Positions 38,453-48,994 are shown, numbered from the stretch's first letter. The stretch: 64,000 bases of DNA from Terriglobia bacterium (GCA_963664115.2 CAXWPJ010000002.1:64001-128000); one strand, 5' to 3'. Numbers and translations are program-made. Notes: a model not told the origin generated them from the sequence alone.

Positions 38453-40870
38453 CTCACTATTAAAATACTTAGTTTCTGTATTTTAACATTCTATATCTTT
38501 AGTAACTATTGAGATATTTGTACGAGTAGTAGGTTAGTTTCTTAGGCAAGTCTCGGACAAGTATTGACAAAAGTTTGTCCACGACGCGAAGGTTAGTTCT
38601 TGCGTAGTCAGTAAGTTGCGGCCGCCAGAGATTGAGCGTCGCGCACATGCACCCGTGCGCCCCTAAGTCGTTTGATGACTTGTATTTTAGGGGTATTTTC
38701 TGTCGCGTTAGCCAGTCTGTTGTTGCGAAGGAGTCAAAACTATGGCTGGCAGGAAGCAAGCCGTGGGCGTTCAAGCAATAGCGGCCCACACCAGACAGGA
38801 TGCTGGAATCTCCAAGGGATCTCCCGATACCCGCAGATTTTCCCGTTCGCGATCGAATTCCGGATTCGTAAGGCCGTCGCAATGCCTGGCCACCCGAATC
38901 CCACATCTCGATTTCTCCCTTCCAGCTATAAAGAATTCCTGGGAAATGCCGATGAGAGTGAAGACAGCCCGAAATACGTCTCCGGGCAATCTGGGTCCCG
39001 ATCGCAGAATCGGCCCGTTCAGATTGCCCCGAGGACTGTCCCTGCGGCGACCGGCTACGGTCCCGCAGTAATAACTTTCGAGATAGGGAGAAACGCATGA
39101 TGTTCGGTCTAAAAAAACTGCCTTCATTGATAGTGCTGGGCGCACTCTTACTACTACTGACACCCACTGTGGACGCTATAGCGCAGGATCGCGTGGAGGT
39201 CATTATTCAGTTCGACGGCCCTCCAGGACAAATCCGTCAGGCGATAGAATCACTCGGCGGCGAGGTCAAAGCGGAATACACGTACCTGGGATCCATGTTT
39301 GCTGAGGTACCCTCCGACTCGATGGATGCTGTCAAATCAGCGTCCGGTGTTAGTTCAGTGCGGAGAAACACTCCGGTCCATGCGCCCGAGCTCGTGTGGC
39401 CGTTCGGCGGGCGTGGCGTAGAAGCAGCCGCAGGCCTGGACCCGCTGGCGAACATCAACCACAACGGATTTACACCCATCACGGACATACAGGATTTCGC
39501 CGCAAGCAATTCGGGATCTTACCTGATGAATCATGCTACGGACGGTGTCCGGGCTTTGCACGCGGACGGCCTGACCGGTAACGGTGTGATTGTTGCAGTT
39601 GTGGACTCTGGCCTCCGACCCGTTTTCGACCACTTCGACCAGAATACTGTCGTCGTCGGATGTGAAGATTTCGTCGGCGATGGTCACGGCTGTAGCGACA
39701 ACCGGAACGACGGACACGGGACGATGGTCGCCGGTGCAATCGCAGCCGCAGCCGAGTTCCATTTTTCTAAAAACAGTCTATTTCTGCAGTCGGTCTTCTT
39801 TAACGCGAATGGTGCGTTACTGAATCGTAGACCCCCTAACAACGTCCCCGATACAGTCGCGATGATCGGAAGCGCCCCGGGTGCACAGATCTACGCCTTC
39901 CGAGTCTTCGGAAGCAATTCCGAACCGTCGGACACCGCAACTATCCTACTAGCGATCCAAAGGATTATCACCCTAAAGAATGAGGAGATGGTGGACATTC
40001 GTGTGGCGAACTTCAGTCTAGGTCGCCGAACGATTTATGCAGGCCTTGACGTCTTTGACACAGCGTTCGATGCTCTCCTTGCTAACGGAATCGTTCCTGT
40101 AGTCTCGACCGGTAACGCCGGTCCAGCGCTCCTGACGACGGCCAGTCCGGCGAGCGCCTTCAGCGCCATCGCCGTTGGCGCCGGAAGTCTTTTTCACCAG
40201 GACCGGATCGTGGGAGACCTGGGCTTCTTCGGAGCTACCGGACCCGCCGGTTTCGGCGACACGTTGCGTCCATTTGAAGGTGGACAGACAGCATGGTTCA
40301 GTTCACGCGGACCGAACGCCGACGGCCGGCAGGGACCAGGCGTCATGTCAGAGGGATTCGGTGTCTATGGGGCAGGTCTGGCAAGTCAGGGGAGTAAGCT
40401 TAGTCTCGGCATCGGTAGCAGCTTCGCAGCACCGAACGTTACCGGTATTGCGGCTTTGCTCTGGGAACATTTCGATAAGACAAGTAATACCCTCTCCCCT
40501 GTTGTGTCTGCCACAAAGATCCGGAACGCAATCGTCGGAAACGGCAACAAAATGATCATTGTCGGTGGCGAAACCGAAGACGATCAGGGGAATGGATGGG
40601 TAGACGCGAAGAAGGCCCGAGACAATCTGGGCGGGGCATCAGTGTTCCCACCGACCGCTCCCCCGACCGAAACTCTAGTAAACGACTATATTAAGAGGAC
40701 ATTGGCAGTTGTGGGATCTACAACACACCTTTTGAATCTGGAACCTGGCGACCGTCAAGATGTGATTTACAACGTCAATCCTGCAGATGCGGAACTAAAT
40801 ATCGAACTCTCTAGCATATTAGAAGTCGCCTGCGCTCCCGACCCAGAACCGTTCTTTGGCAACGAACTAC

Positions 40871-42256
40871 TGAGTTATTGTCAAAAGTGGTGTTTAGGAG
40901 ATTGATTCAAGCGGCGGCCTGATCGACTTGTGTCGCTTCGACACCATCGTTGAATTTCACTCCGATGATTACCTTGCTCAGATCATCGAATCCTCGTAAT
41001 CGTCGCCAATTGTTCTCAGCGCACTGGCCCAGTTTGAACATCATGTGCAGCATGCCATCCCGTGTCAGGCAACCTCTGGATCGCTTCGTTCGGTGTCGAA
41101 TGGTGGCAAAGGTCGACTCAATGGGATTCGTCGTTCTGATGCTCTGCCAGTGCTTGGCCGGAAAGTCGTAAAAGGCCAGCAGTTCCTCTCTGTCTTTCTG
41201 CAGGCAGAGTGTGGCTTTCGGATACTTCGGTTCATAGGTTTCAATGAACAAGTCGAATGCCTTCTCGGCGTCTGCCTTCGTCTCGGCCTGCCAGATCGAG
41301 TGCAGGGCCTGTTTCGCCTTCGCCTGGACCGACTTGGGCAGGCAGTTGAGGACGTTCATGACTTTGTGCATCCAGCAACGTTGTTGACGTGTCTCGGGAT
41401 AGATTTCCTCCAGTGCGGCCCAGAACCCCATCGCACCGTCACCGATGGCCAACTTCGGAACATTCATCCCACGGGACTTCAGCTTCAACAAGACCTCGCG
41501 CCAACTCTGTGTCGATTCCCGTACACCGTCTTCGATCGCCAGGAAACGCTTCTCTCCGCGTTCATTCACGCCGATCACGACCAATGCACACAACTTGGTT
41601 TGTTCCGCCCGAAGTCCGCTGTAGATGCCGTCGGCCCAGACATAGACCCAGCGATCTGCATCCAAACGCTCCTCGCATCCGAGGCGGTACTGTTCGCCCC
41701 AAACCTGTTTCAACCGCGATACCGTGCTCGCCGACAGACCCTGCGCCTGGGGACCGACAAGAACTTTTAGGGCCTCACCCATCTCGCCGCTGGAAACGCC
41801 TTTCAAATACAACCACGGCACCGCTGCTTCCAGCGACTTCGTCTTCCGAATGTACGGTGGTACCAGGGCCGATCGGAACGTCACAGCTTCGCCCGTCTTG
41901 GCACGGACCTTCGGGATTTGGACTGTTACCGGACCCAATCCCGTCTGCAGTTCGCGTTCCGGCAGATAACCGTTGCGTACCACCCCGGCGTTTCCTGTCT
42001 CAGTTCGCCGGCCACCGTGCTGGGATAGCAGCTCTGCCAATTCGGCTTCCACTGCGCGTTGGATCAGTTGCTGTGCCCCAACTCGTAGTAGTTCTGTTAC
42101 TGGATCCTCAATCGTTTCTCGACCTTCCGGTCCATTCACGTTACTCTTGCTCACAGTGGCGTATCTCCTATGGTTGCTTTGAAGTTTTGTCACAACAAAT
42201 CAACCAGATACGCCGCTCTTATTCAATCCCTCAAACACCAGATTCGGTTATAACTC
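40871..42256 (-). mobile_element. IS256-family element, copy 2 (9-bp TSD ACGAACTAC)
   Basis: Same ends, length and transposase as copy 1, in reverse orientation. Confidence 0.97.
40907..42154 (-). CDS. IS256 transposase
   Basis: Protein identical to copy 1. Confidence 0.95.
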   Translation of the reverse strand: MSKSNVNGPEGRETIEDPVTELLRVGAQQLIQRAVEAELAELLSQHGGRRTETGNAGVVRNGYLPERELQTGLGPVTVQIPKVRAKTGEAVTFRSALVPPYIRKTKSLEAAVPWLYLKGVSSGEMGEALKVLVGPQAQGLSASTVSRLKQVWGEQYRLGCEERLDADRWVYVWADGIYSGLRAEQTKLCALVVIGVNERGEKRFLAIEDGVRESTQSWREVLLKLKSRGMNVPKLAIGDGAMGFWAALEEIYPETRQQRCWMHKVMNVLNCLPKSVQAKAKQALHSIWQAETKADAEKAFDLFIETYEPKYPKATLCLQKDREELLAFYDFPAKHWQSIRTTNPIESTFATIRHRTKRSRGCLTRDGMLHMMFKLGQCAENNWRRLRGFDDLSKVIIGVKFNDGVEATQVDQAAA

Positions 42257-42983
42257 ACGAACTACAGCTAGCCATCCACACCGTCAAGACATCCACGGTG
42301 GGGCCCACAGGACAGTATTATGACTTAAACCCAACTGAGGGATTTGAACAGGCCTTCATAGGACTGGATGATTTTGAAAATCCATCGGGTGTGTTCCCAG
42401 GCCGATGCACAGATTCGGACGGTCCCGGCCCTCTTCCCGGGATATGTTCTTTCAGCCTTTTGACTCCTGAGCCCGGACTCCTCCGCATCAGCGTCAGTGG
42501 CGCCACGACCAACGCCTGCAACATGTCGACCGACGCGACGATTGTGTCCACCATGGGAGACACTTTTTCTGCTGACCCACTGGATTATGGTACGGTTGCG
42601 GACGGTGGAACAGTAACTGTAGGGTCGATCGACGTACCGCAGGGAGCTCAAAAGATCGAGTTTGAGCTTTCCTGGATCAACGACTGGACACACTATAAGG
42701 GAAACGATCTGGAGCTTCAGGTGTTCCTACCCGGATTGAGTGTTCCATTGCCGTTCGGGCTCACTCTCGATGCTCCTGAAAGGTTTGAGGTGACTTCAGC
42801 GGCGTTGACTGCTCTGTTTGGGGGCCCCAAGACGGTACCCCTCGACGGAATATGGACCATAAAAGTTCAGGGGTTCGAGGTGAACGAGATGCCCGGAGAC
42901 TGGACACTTCGCGTGCTAGTCGACGGAGACGAGCCGGATTTGATTCCACCCACGCCTTAGCTGAAAAGGGCATTAAGTGTCTT

Positions 42984-43013
42984 AGAAAGGGCGGTCTTCG
43001 GACCGCCTTTTTC
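42984..43013 (+). terminator. Intrinsic terminator after the S8 gene
   Basis: GGCGGTC-TTCG-GACCGCC followed by TTTTT. Confidence 0.85.
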
Positions 43014-44117
43014 GGTTTCCAGGACAGTTCTAAAGCACAATGGCAAACTGTAAGGCAATCTGCGGAGCGTCGAGATTGTCCTCGTGCTTGACAAACGTAT
43101 AGACATCGATGCCGTCCCCAACCCAAACCTTAATTCTTTCCTGCCAATCAATCGCGCCGTTATCAGTATAGCGGGATCCCCGCAGACGGATATACGTCTT
43201 GATTGATGTCAGACGAATCGGCGTCGTGTGGTCATCTTCATCGTGGACAGATAGGGCGACGGAGCATCGCCATAAGGTAATCCTGGGCTTCGGATGGGAC
43301 CCTCAGGCGTTCCCAATGGGTGATCATTCGCGAGAAGCCTTCAAGGCTATGCGGAAGTCTGGATCCGTTAAATGCTATCCACTTTTCCAGCCTCTTAGCC
43401 GTGAGGATCTGGAAAAAGGTGTGGTTTAGATCTCAACGGCCCGAAACCACGGAGAGTAATATTCGATGAACTTCGTCAGTAGCGCTTCTTTCGCCTAAAA
43501 ACACCGGCTTCGACTCAATATGAGCAAACCCCGCCGTATACTCATACAAACCTAAACAAAAAACACATCGATCAAGAGCATTATTGAATGTATTACAGTA
43601 TATACCGCCCATATCTATTTGTAGCACTGTCCTTTAGACACCTCCTATCGATTTGGCCCTGACAAACGCATCCTTGTGGTCGACAAGCAGGACAAAGTCC
43701 TAGGACCCTTTACCAACAGTCGTTTCGCAGGAAAAGATGCGTCTTGAGCCGGTATTCCAGACCTTCCGTCAAACGCCATACTGCTGACACCCCAGAAACG
43801 GGCCCTCCGCACACTCCGATCGCCGAAAACCCCATTTGAAGGCGTCAACGAAAGTGTTAGATGCCTCACAACCCGATGCCTATTGGTCCAAAATGAGTGC
43901 CGTTTTTCAACAAGAAGGAAAAGGCCCGGAATCGGTGCAAAAGGCTAGAGACAATCGCCTTAGAGGCTTGCAGAACGCGTTGCGGAGAGTTTTGCACAGG
44001 TTTGTCCACAGTCCCTGTGGAATCGGCAGATTTGCCGGATTTTGGCCGCCTGCAGAGGGGAGCGGGGGATCCGGCGATCCCGAGGGACGCGTGCATTATG
44101 GGCCCATCCCAGACGTG

Positions 44118-44145
44118 ACTTGACATAATACTCATTATGCGACGT
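44118..44145 (-). other. Chromosome dimer-resolution site dif (XerC/XerD)
   Basis: Minus strand ACGTCGCATAA-TGAGTA-TTATGTCAAGT versus E. coli GGTGCGCATAA-TGTATA-TTATGTTAAAT; 11-6-11 geometry. Confidence 0.88.
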
Positions 44146-44177
44146 AAACTAGCTCCTACGCGACCCCGAAAGCCCCA

Positions 44178-44366
44178 CTATCGAGCCTTCCCAACTACGA
44201 TGTCCCCAGGCTCCAATTCGACCGCGTGGATCCCCGTAACCAAGATCTGGACCTGATCCCCCGTGGCAAGTCCCACAATATTTCTAACCCACCGTGGGAT
44301 CAGTCGTTTACGGTTATCCACTGGAAACATCCATTTCTTATTTAGAATCGGGAGTCGGCCTTCCAT
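44178..44366 (-). CDS. AbrB/MazE/MraZ-type swapped-hairpin DNA-binding protein, 62 aa
   Basis: VDNRKRLIPRWVRNIVGLATGDQVQI; TGATG coupling to the upstream ORF. Confidence 0.6.
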   Translation of the reverse strand: MEGRLPILNKKWMFPVDNRKRLIPRWVRNIVGLATGDQVQILVTGIHAVELEPGDIVVGKAR

Positions 44367-44608
44367 CACGCCTTCTTCTCGCCCAAGAACTTCACGACAT
44401 ACATATCTGTTTCCATGTCCGAGGCTGGAGCCCAAATCACACGGACAGAACTTTCCAAACAACCGACTCGCCGTCGCACTTCCACAGGGTACGTCCCCAA
44501 CCCGTTTTTGCCGCAGGTCGCAAGTTCGATGTCGGACAGAGTAAATCGTTCCTTAAGCTGTTCCATGAATTTGTCCCGAGCACTCGACCCCTTCGGGCCT
44601 TTCTTCAT
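44366..44608 (-). CDS. Hypothetical protein, 80 aa
   Basis: Protein-like composition; translationally coupled to the AbrB-like ORF. Confidence 0.55.
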   Translation of the reverse strand: MKKGPKGSSARDKFMEQLKERFTLSDIELATCGKNGLGTYPVEVRRRVGCLESSVRVIWAPASDMETDMYVVKFLGEKKA

Positions 44609-45203
44609 CCTGAATAGAACTCTAGTGAAGATGCGCGCAGATATGCGTCCCGGCCCCGCGATCCCGTCAGTAGGTTCCGGCTGGGTTCTTGCCGGATCCC
44701 GATGCGTGAGCCCTGGACGGGTAGTAGTGCAGCTTGAACGGCCCTTCTAGCGGTAACTCCGGACTGAACCGCGCCGGCGCTTTGCTTCGCTCTTTCGTAA
44801 CCCTCATAACTTTCTTCATCGATTTCAATCCTCTTGTGCGGATCCGAGAGCCGGCGCTGGATGGCCGGCCAAATATCGGGTCGAAAGGCACCGGTGCTGT
44901 CGAGCTCGCACTGGAGCTCCTGAGCACGTTGCGCTTGCCGTGTGAAGTGGTTTGGAAAAGACTGCCGGAGCCAGTCCAGGTCTTTGAGCTCGCGCTCAAT
45001 TTCCCGTCTTCGCTCCGGCGAAATTAGAGAGATTGGAGGCTTTTTGGGTAGGGTTCTGGCCGGATGTGGTGGTGAATTCGGCTCATACGCGCTTTTTGGT
45101 CACTTGCTCAAAGTTCAAATTGCATGTTGTCTCGGGCCTCGAAGGGTGCAACTTCCGAGGCCCTCTCTACGTCAACCGGTTTAGGACCGGCCCACCTCTC
45201 CCG

Positions 45204-46589
45204 TGAGTTATTGTCAAAAGTGGTGTTTAGGAGATTGATTCAAGCGGCGGCCTGATCGACTTGTGTCGCTTCGACACCATCGTTGAATTTCACTCCGATG
45301 ATTACCTTGCTCAGATCATCGAATCCTCGTAATCGTCGCCAATTGTTCTCAGCGCACTGGCCCAGTTTGAACATCATGTGCAGCATGCCATCCCGTGTCA
45401 GGCAACCTCTGGATCGCTTCGTTCGGTGTCGAATGGTGGCAAAGGTCGACTCAATGGGATTCGTCGTTCTGATGCTCTGCCAGTGCTTGGCCGGAAAGTC
45501 GTAAAAGGCCAGCAGTTCCTCTCTGTCTTTCTGCAGGCAGAGTGTGGCTTTCGGATACTTCGGTTCATAGGTTTCAATGAACAAGTCGAATGCCTTCTCG
45601 GCGTCTGCCTTCGTCTCGGCCTGCCAGATCGAGTGCAGGGCCTGTTTCGCCTTCGCCTGGACCGACTTGGGCAGGCAGTTGAGGACGTTCATGACTTTGT
45701 GCATCCAGCAACGTTGTTGACGTGTCTCGGGATAGATTTCCTCCAGTGCGGCCCAGAACCCCATCGCACCGTCACCGATGGCCAACTTCGGAACATTCAT
45801 CCCACGGGACTTCAGCTTCAACAAGACCTCGCGCCAACTCTGTGTCGATTCCCGTACACCGTCTTCGATCGCCAGGAAACGCTTCTCTCCGCGTTCATTC
45901 ACGCCGATCACGACCAATGCACACAACTTGGTTTGTTCCGCCCGAAGTCCGCTGTAGATGCCGTCGGCCCAGACATAGACCCAGCGATCTGCATCCAAAC
46001 GCTCCTCGCATCCGAGGCGGTACTGTTCGCCCCAAACCTGTTTCAACCGCGATACCGTGCTCGCCGACAGACCCTGCGCCTGGGGACCGACAAGAACTTT
46101 TAGGGCCTCACCCATCTCGCCGCTGGAAACGCCTTTCAAATACAACCACGGCACCGCTGCTTCCAGCGACTTCGTCTTCCGAATGTACGGTGGTACCAGG
46201 GCCGATCGGAACGTCACAGCTTCGCCCGTCTTGGCACGGACCTTCGGGATTTGGACTGTTACCGGACCCAATCCCGTCTGCAGTTCGCGTTCCGGCAGAT
46301 AACCGTTGCGTACCACCCCGGCGTTTCCTGTCTCAGTTCGCCGGCCACCGTGCTGGGATAGCAGCTCTGCCAATTCGGCTTCCACTGCGCGTTGGATCAG
46401 TTGCTGTGCCCCAACTCGTAGTAGTTCTGTTACTGGATCCTCAATCGTTTCTCGACCTTCCGGTCCATTCACGTTACTCTTGCTCACAGTGGCGTATCTC
46501 CTATGGTTGCTTTGAAGTTTTGTCACAACAAATCAACCAGATACGCCGCTCTTATTCAATCCCTCAAACACCAGATTCGGTTATAACTC
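45204..46589 (-). mobile_element. IS256-family element, copy 3 (8-bp TSD CTCTCCCG)
   Basis: Same ends, length and transposase as copies 1 and 2. Confidence 0.97.
45240..46487 (-). CDS. IS256 transposase
   Basis: Protein identical to copies 1 and 2. Confidence 0.95.
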   Translation of the reverse strand: MSKSNVNGPEGRETIEDPVTELLRVGAQQLIQRAVEAELAELLSQHGGRRTETGNAGVVRNGYLPERELQTGLGPVTVQIPKVRAKTGEAVTFRSALVPPYIRKTKSLEAAVPWLYLKGVSSGEMGEALKVLVGPQAQGLSASTVSRLKQVWGEQYRLGCEERLDADRWVYVWADGIYSGLRAEQTKLCALVVIGVNERGEKRFLAIEDGVRESTQSWREVLLKLKSRGMNVPKLAIGDGAMGFWAALEEIYPETRQQRCWMHKVMNVLNCLPKSVQAKAKQALHSIWQAETKADAEKAFDLFIETYEPKYPKATLCLQKDREELLAFYDFPAKHWQSIRTTNPIESTFATIRHRTKRSRGCLTRDGMLHMMFKLGQCAENNWRRLRGFDDLSKVIIGVKFNDGVEATQVDQAAA

Positions 46590-46660
46590 CTCTCCCGTTG
46601 CTCGTCGGTTCAGAACCGCAGAGCGGGAAATCTTTAAACTTCATCTATGGAACACACAAA

Positions 46661-46900
46661 ATGACTAATCCTGACGTAAAAATCGTGAGTGAAGAAGTGC
46701 TGTTGCAGCGAGTTTGGAACAACAATGAAGCTACAGCCTCCCAAATGGAATTAGATGACCGTCGGACCGAGAAGCTGATCAAGTCAATAGAGAAACTGAA
46801 CAAAACTACAACGCGGTACTCTCGCATTTTGGCTCTGTTGACCTTAACTATCCTCATTCTGACCATCGTTCTTGTGTACGATCTCCCTACGATCACGTGA
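46661..46900 (+). CDS. Small protein with a coiled coil and C-terminal TM helix, 79 aa
   Basis: MTNPDVK...EKLNKTTTRYSRILALLTLTILILTIVLVY; lower GC than the flanks. Confidence 0.6.
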   Translation: MTNPDVKIVSEEVLLQRVWNNNEATASQMELDDRRTEKLIKSIEKLNKTTTRYSRILALLTLTILILTIVLVYDLPTIT

Positions 46901-47095
46901 CCTTGAATTCAAAACAATCTCCCCTGAAGCTTGCCGGCCTCATGCTCAGCCAGGAAGCAGCGCCAACACTGAAACATCTGGACTACCTTTCCCGGCCTGC
47001 CGTGGAACCGCTCACACTGAGGACACCAGAATTCGCACTCGACGGTGGACGGAGTTTTCAACCGCTGGGAACTGCCCTGTTCCTGTTTGAAGGTT

Positions 47096-47261
47096 TCCAT
47101 GCTCGACATGAACACCCCCGCCCGACCTACCTAAAATCTCGAATTGGATCACGCGGCCCGGTCGGGCGTTGCGTCCAAATGAGGAACAACACGCCGAACA
47201 AAATCACGGCATCCCGAAAAAGCTTCTTATCCATGCTCGACATGAACACCCCCGCCCGACC
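47096..47261 (+). repeat. Perfect 32-bp direct repeat (47096-47127 and 47230-47261)
   Basis: TCCATGCTCGACATGAACACCCCCGCCCGACC, twice. Confidence 0.9.
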
Positions 47262-47513
47262 GAATTTGGTCTGTTATAATTTCGGGGCGATGGAGATTCG
47301 CAAGAACTGCTCGCACACCTCGAAGAACGCGCCACAGTCCATCTTGTCGGTCCGTTTCTCGCCGGCGGCCGCACGGCCGCTGATTGCCTCATAAAAAAGG
47401 CCTATAAGGACTCTGTTCTCGTTGCACTGACAGACGGGAAATTGGCTCAGTTTCCGTACTCCAGCATCGTCGCCATCGTGTATAGCTAAGCCCTAAGCTC
47501 CTGTGGATAAAAG

Positions 47514-47541
47514 ACTTCGCAAAATACTCATTATGCGACGC
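47514..47541 (-). other. Second dif-like site with a degenerate XerD arm
   Basis: GCGTCGCATAA-TGAGTA-TTTTGCGAAGT; same central hexamer as the first site. Confidence 0.8.
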
Positions 47542-47599
47542 TATAAATGGACCCCCTGGCCTCTTGAACCCGACCCACCCGCCAAGCCATAATCACCTG

Positions 47600-48610
47600 A
47601 TGCCTCTCACAGATACACTCCAGCGTCCCCTCCGGGACCTTCGGGTTTCCGTCACCGACCGCTGCAACTACCGTTGCAACTATTGCATGCCCCTGGACGA
47701 GTATGTCTGGACCGAAAAATCAGCCCTCTTATCGTTCGAAGAGATCACGCGACTCGCTTCAATTTTTGTTCGCCATGGCGTCGAACAGATTCGATTGACC
47801 GGTGGCGAGCCTCTGGTGCGCCAGAATCTTCCCGAACTGGTCGCTCGTCTGACAGAACTAGATGGATTGCGCGATCTGTCACTGACAACGAACGGGTCCC
47901 TCTTGACAGCGCGAGCCGCCGAACTTCGGCGTGCCGGCCTCAATCGGATCAACGTGAGCCTCGACACGCTGCGCGCAGATCGTTTTCTCAAGTTGACCAA
48001 ACGAGGCGATCTCGCTGAAGTGCTGACCGGAATTCAGACCGCCCGCGAGGTGGGCTTCAAGACGATCAAGATCAACGCCGTCGTGATCGAAGGCGTAAAC
48101 GAGGATGAAATTATTGATCTCGTCGATTATTCCAGAGCGGAAGGATTGGAAATTCGCTTTATAGAATTTATGGATGTCGGTAACGCGAACGACTGGAGCC
48201 TCAAGCGCACGGTGTCCAAGAAGAAAATTCTTCAGACGATTCAATCGCGGTACCCCTTGAAAGAAGTTGGCCACCGGAACGGCCGTGCGCCCGCCACGGA
48301 ATACGAGTTTCTGGACGGCATCGGATCGGTCGGCATTATTGGTTCAGTTACCGAACCGTTCTGCTCCAGTTGCACCCGGGGACGTCTGACTGCAGACGGC
48401 CGGCTTGTCACCTGCCTTTTCTCAGAAACAGGTTTCGATCTGAAATCATTGCTTCGTGGTGGAGAAAGCGACGAAGCGATCGCAAGCGCAATCAATTCGG
48501 CATGGAGTAAGCGCCAAGACCGATACTCCGACGAACGTTGGAAGGCGCTTCAGTCGGGCAACTACCTCGACAGTGGCAGGAAGATCGAGATGATCACACT
48601 CGGGGGTTGA
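47600..48610 (+). CDS. moaA: GTP 3',8-cyclase
   Basis: CNYRCNYC radical-SAM motif; FCSSCTRGR..C; C-terminal GG. Confidence 0.96.
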   Translation: MPLTDTLQRPLRDLRVSVTDRCNYRCNYCMPLDEYVWTEKSALLSFEEITRLASIFVRHGVEQIRLTGGEPLVRQNLPELVARLTELDGLRDLSLTTNGSLLTARAAELRRAGLNRINVSLDTLRADRFLKLTKRGDLAEVLTGIQTAREVGFKTIKINAVVIEGVNEDEIIDLVDYSRAEGLEIRFIEFMDVGNANDWSLKRTVSKKKILQTIQSRYPLKEVGHRNGRAPATEYEFLDGIGSVGIIGSVTEPFCSSCTRGRLTADGRLVTCLFSETGFDLKSLLRGGESDEAIASAINSAWSKRQDRYSDERWKALQSGNYLDSGRKIEMITLGG

Positions 48611-48698
48611 TGGCCGACCCCGGGGCGCTACCCGGGGACTTCCCTGCCGCGTCTCTTCCCCGATTCGTCCATTTGCGATCAGTGATCCAGCGCGCAAT

Positions 48699-48735
48699 AA
48701 AAAGGGGGCTTGCGGCTTAGTGCCTGCAAGCCCCC
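48699..48735. terminator. Intrinsic, probably bidirectional, terminator
   Basis: AAAAA-GGGGGCTTGCGG...CTGCAAGCCCCC. Confidence 0.75.
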
Positions 48736-48756
48736 GTTGCTTTCGAATAAACCTCA

Positions 48757-48936
48757 AAGTGTGAGGCGTGGCGCTGGTAAAGGTGCTTTTCGTCGTCGTG
48801 TCACGAGGCGATTACCCAGCGCTGGAGTCAGGAAGTAAATCCTGAAGTAATCGCCGACTCCACAGTGAACACGAACTTGAACGAAGAGCGAACGCCAATC
48901 ACACCGCCGCAGGGCCCGATTGCGAAGGACGCTTTC
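48757..48936. ncRNA. Candidate structured ncRNA (long nested hairpin, 6S-like size); strand uncertain
   Basis: Nested helices gcttttcgt/acgaagagc, tcgtgtcac/gtgaacacga, ggcgattac/gtaatcgcc and tcagga/tcctga in an ORF-free gap. Confidence 0.4.
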
Positions 48937-48994
48937 AACTTATAATTGAACACGTCCCCAGGACCCGTCGAACTCGGTCAGTTCTGAAAAAACG

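Larger units (their letters stand above)
39097..42960 (+). pseudogene. Secreted S8 subtilisin-like peptidase interrupted by IS256
   Basis: VAVVDSG / DGHGTMVAG / GSSFAAPNVTG triad. Excision restores an 822-aa ORF (...FFGNEL|QLAIHT...). Confidence 0.9.
44129..47530. mobile_element. Putative Xer-integrated element (IMEX) between directly repeated dif sites; ~2.0 kb without its IS256
   Basis: Direct repeat AATACTCATTATGCGACG at both ends; only small ORFs and no integrase inside. Confidence 0.7.

Noticed and set aside
43199-43869. Short ORFs in the lower-GC stretch left of dif
   Set aside because: No recognisable motif or RBS; they may be foreign debris but cannot be supported.
44667-45184. Additional small ORFs inside the dif element (e.g. 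MKKVMRVTK...)
   Set aside because: An RBS is plausible, but the ORFs are very short and featureless, so they were not called.
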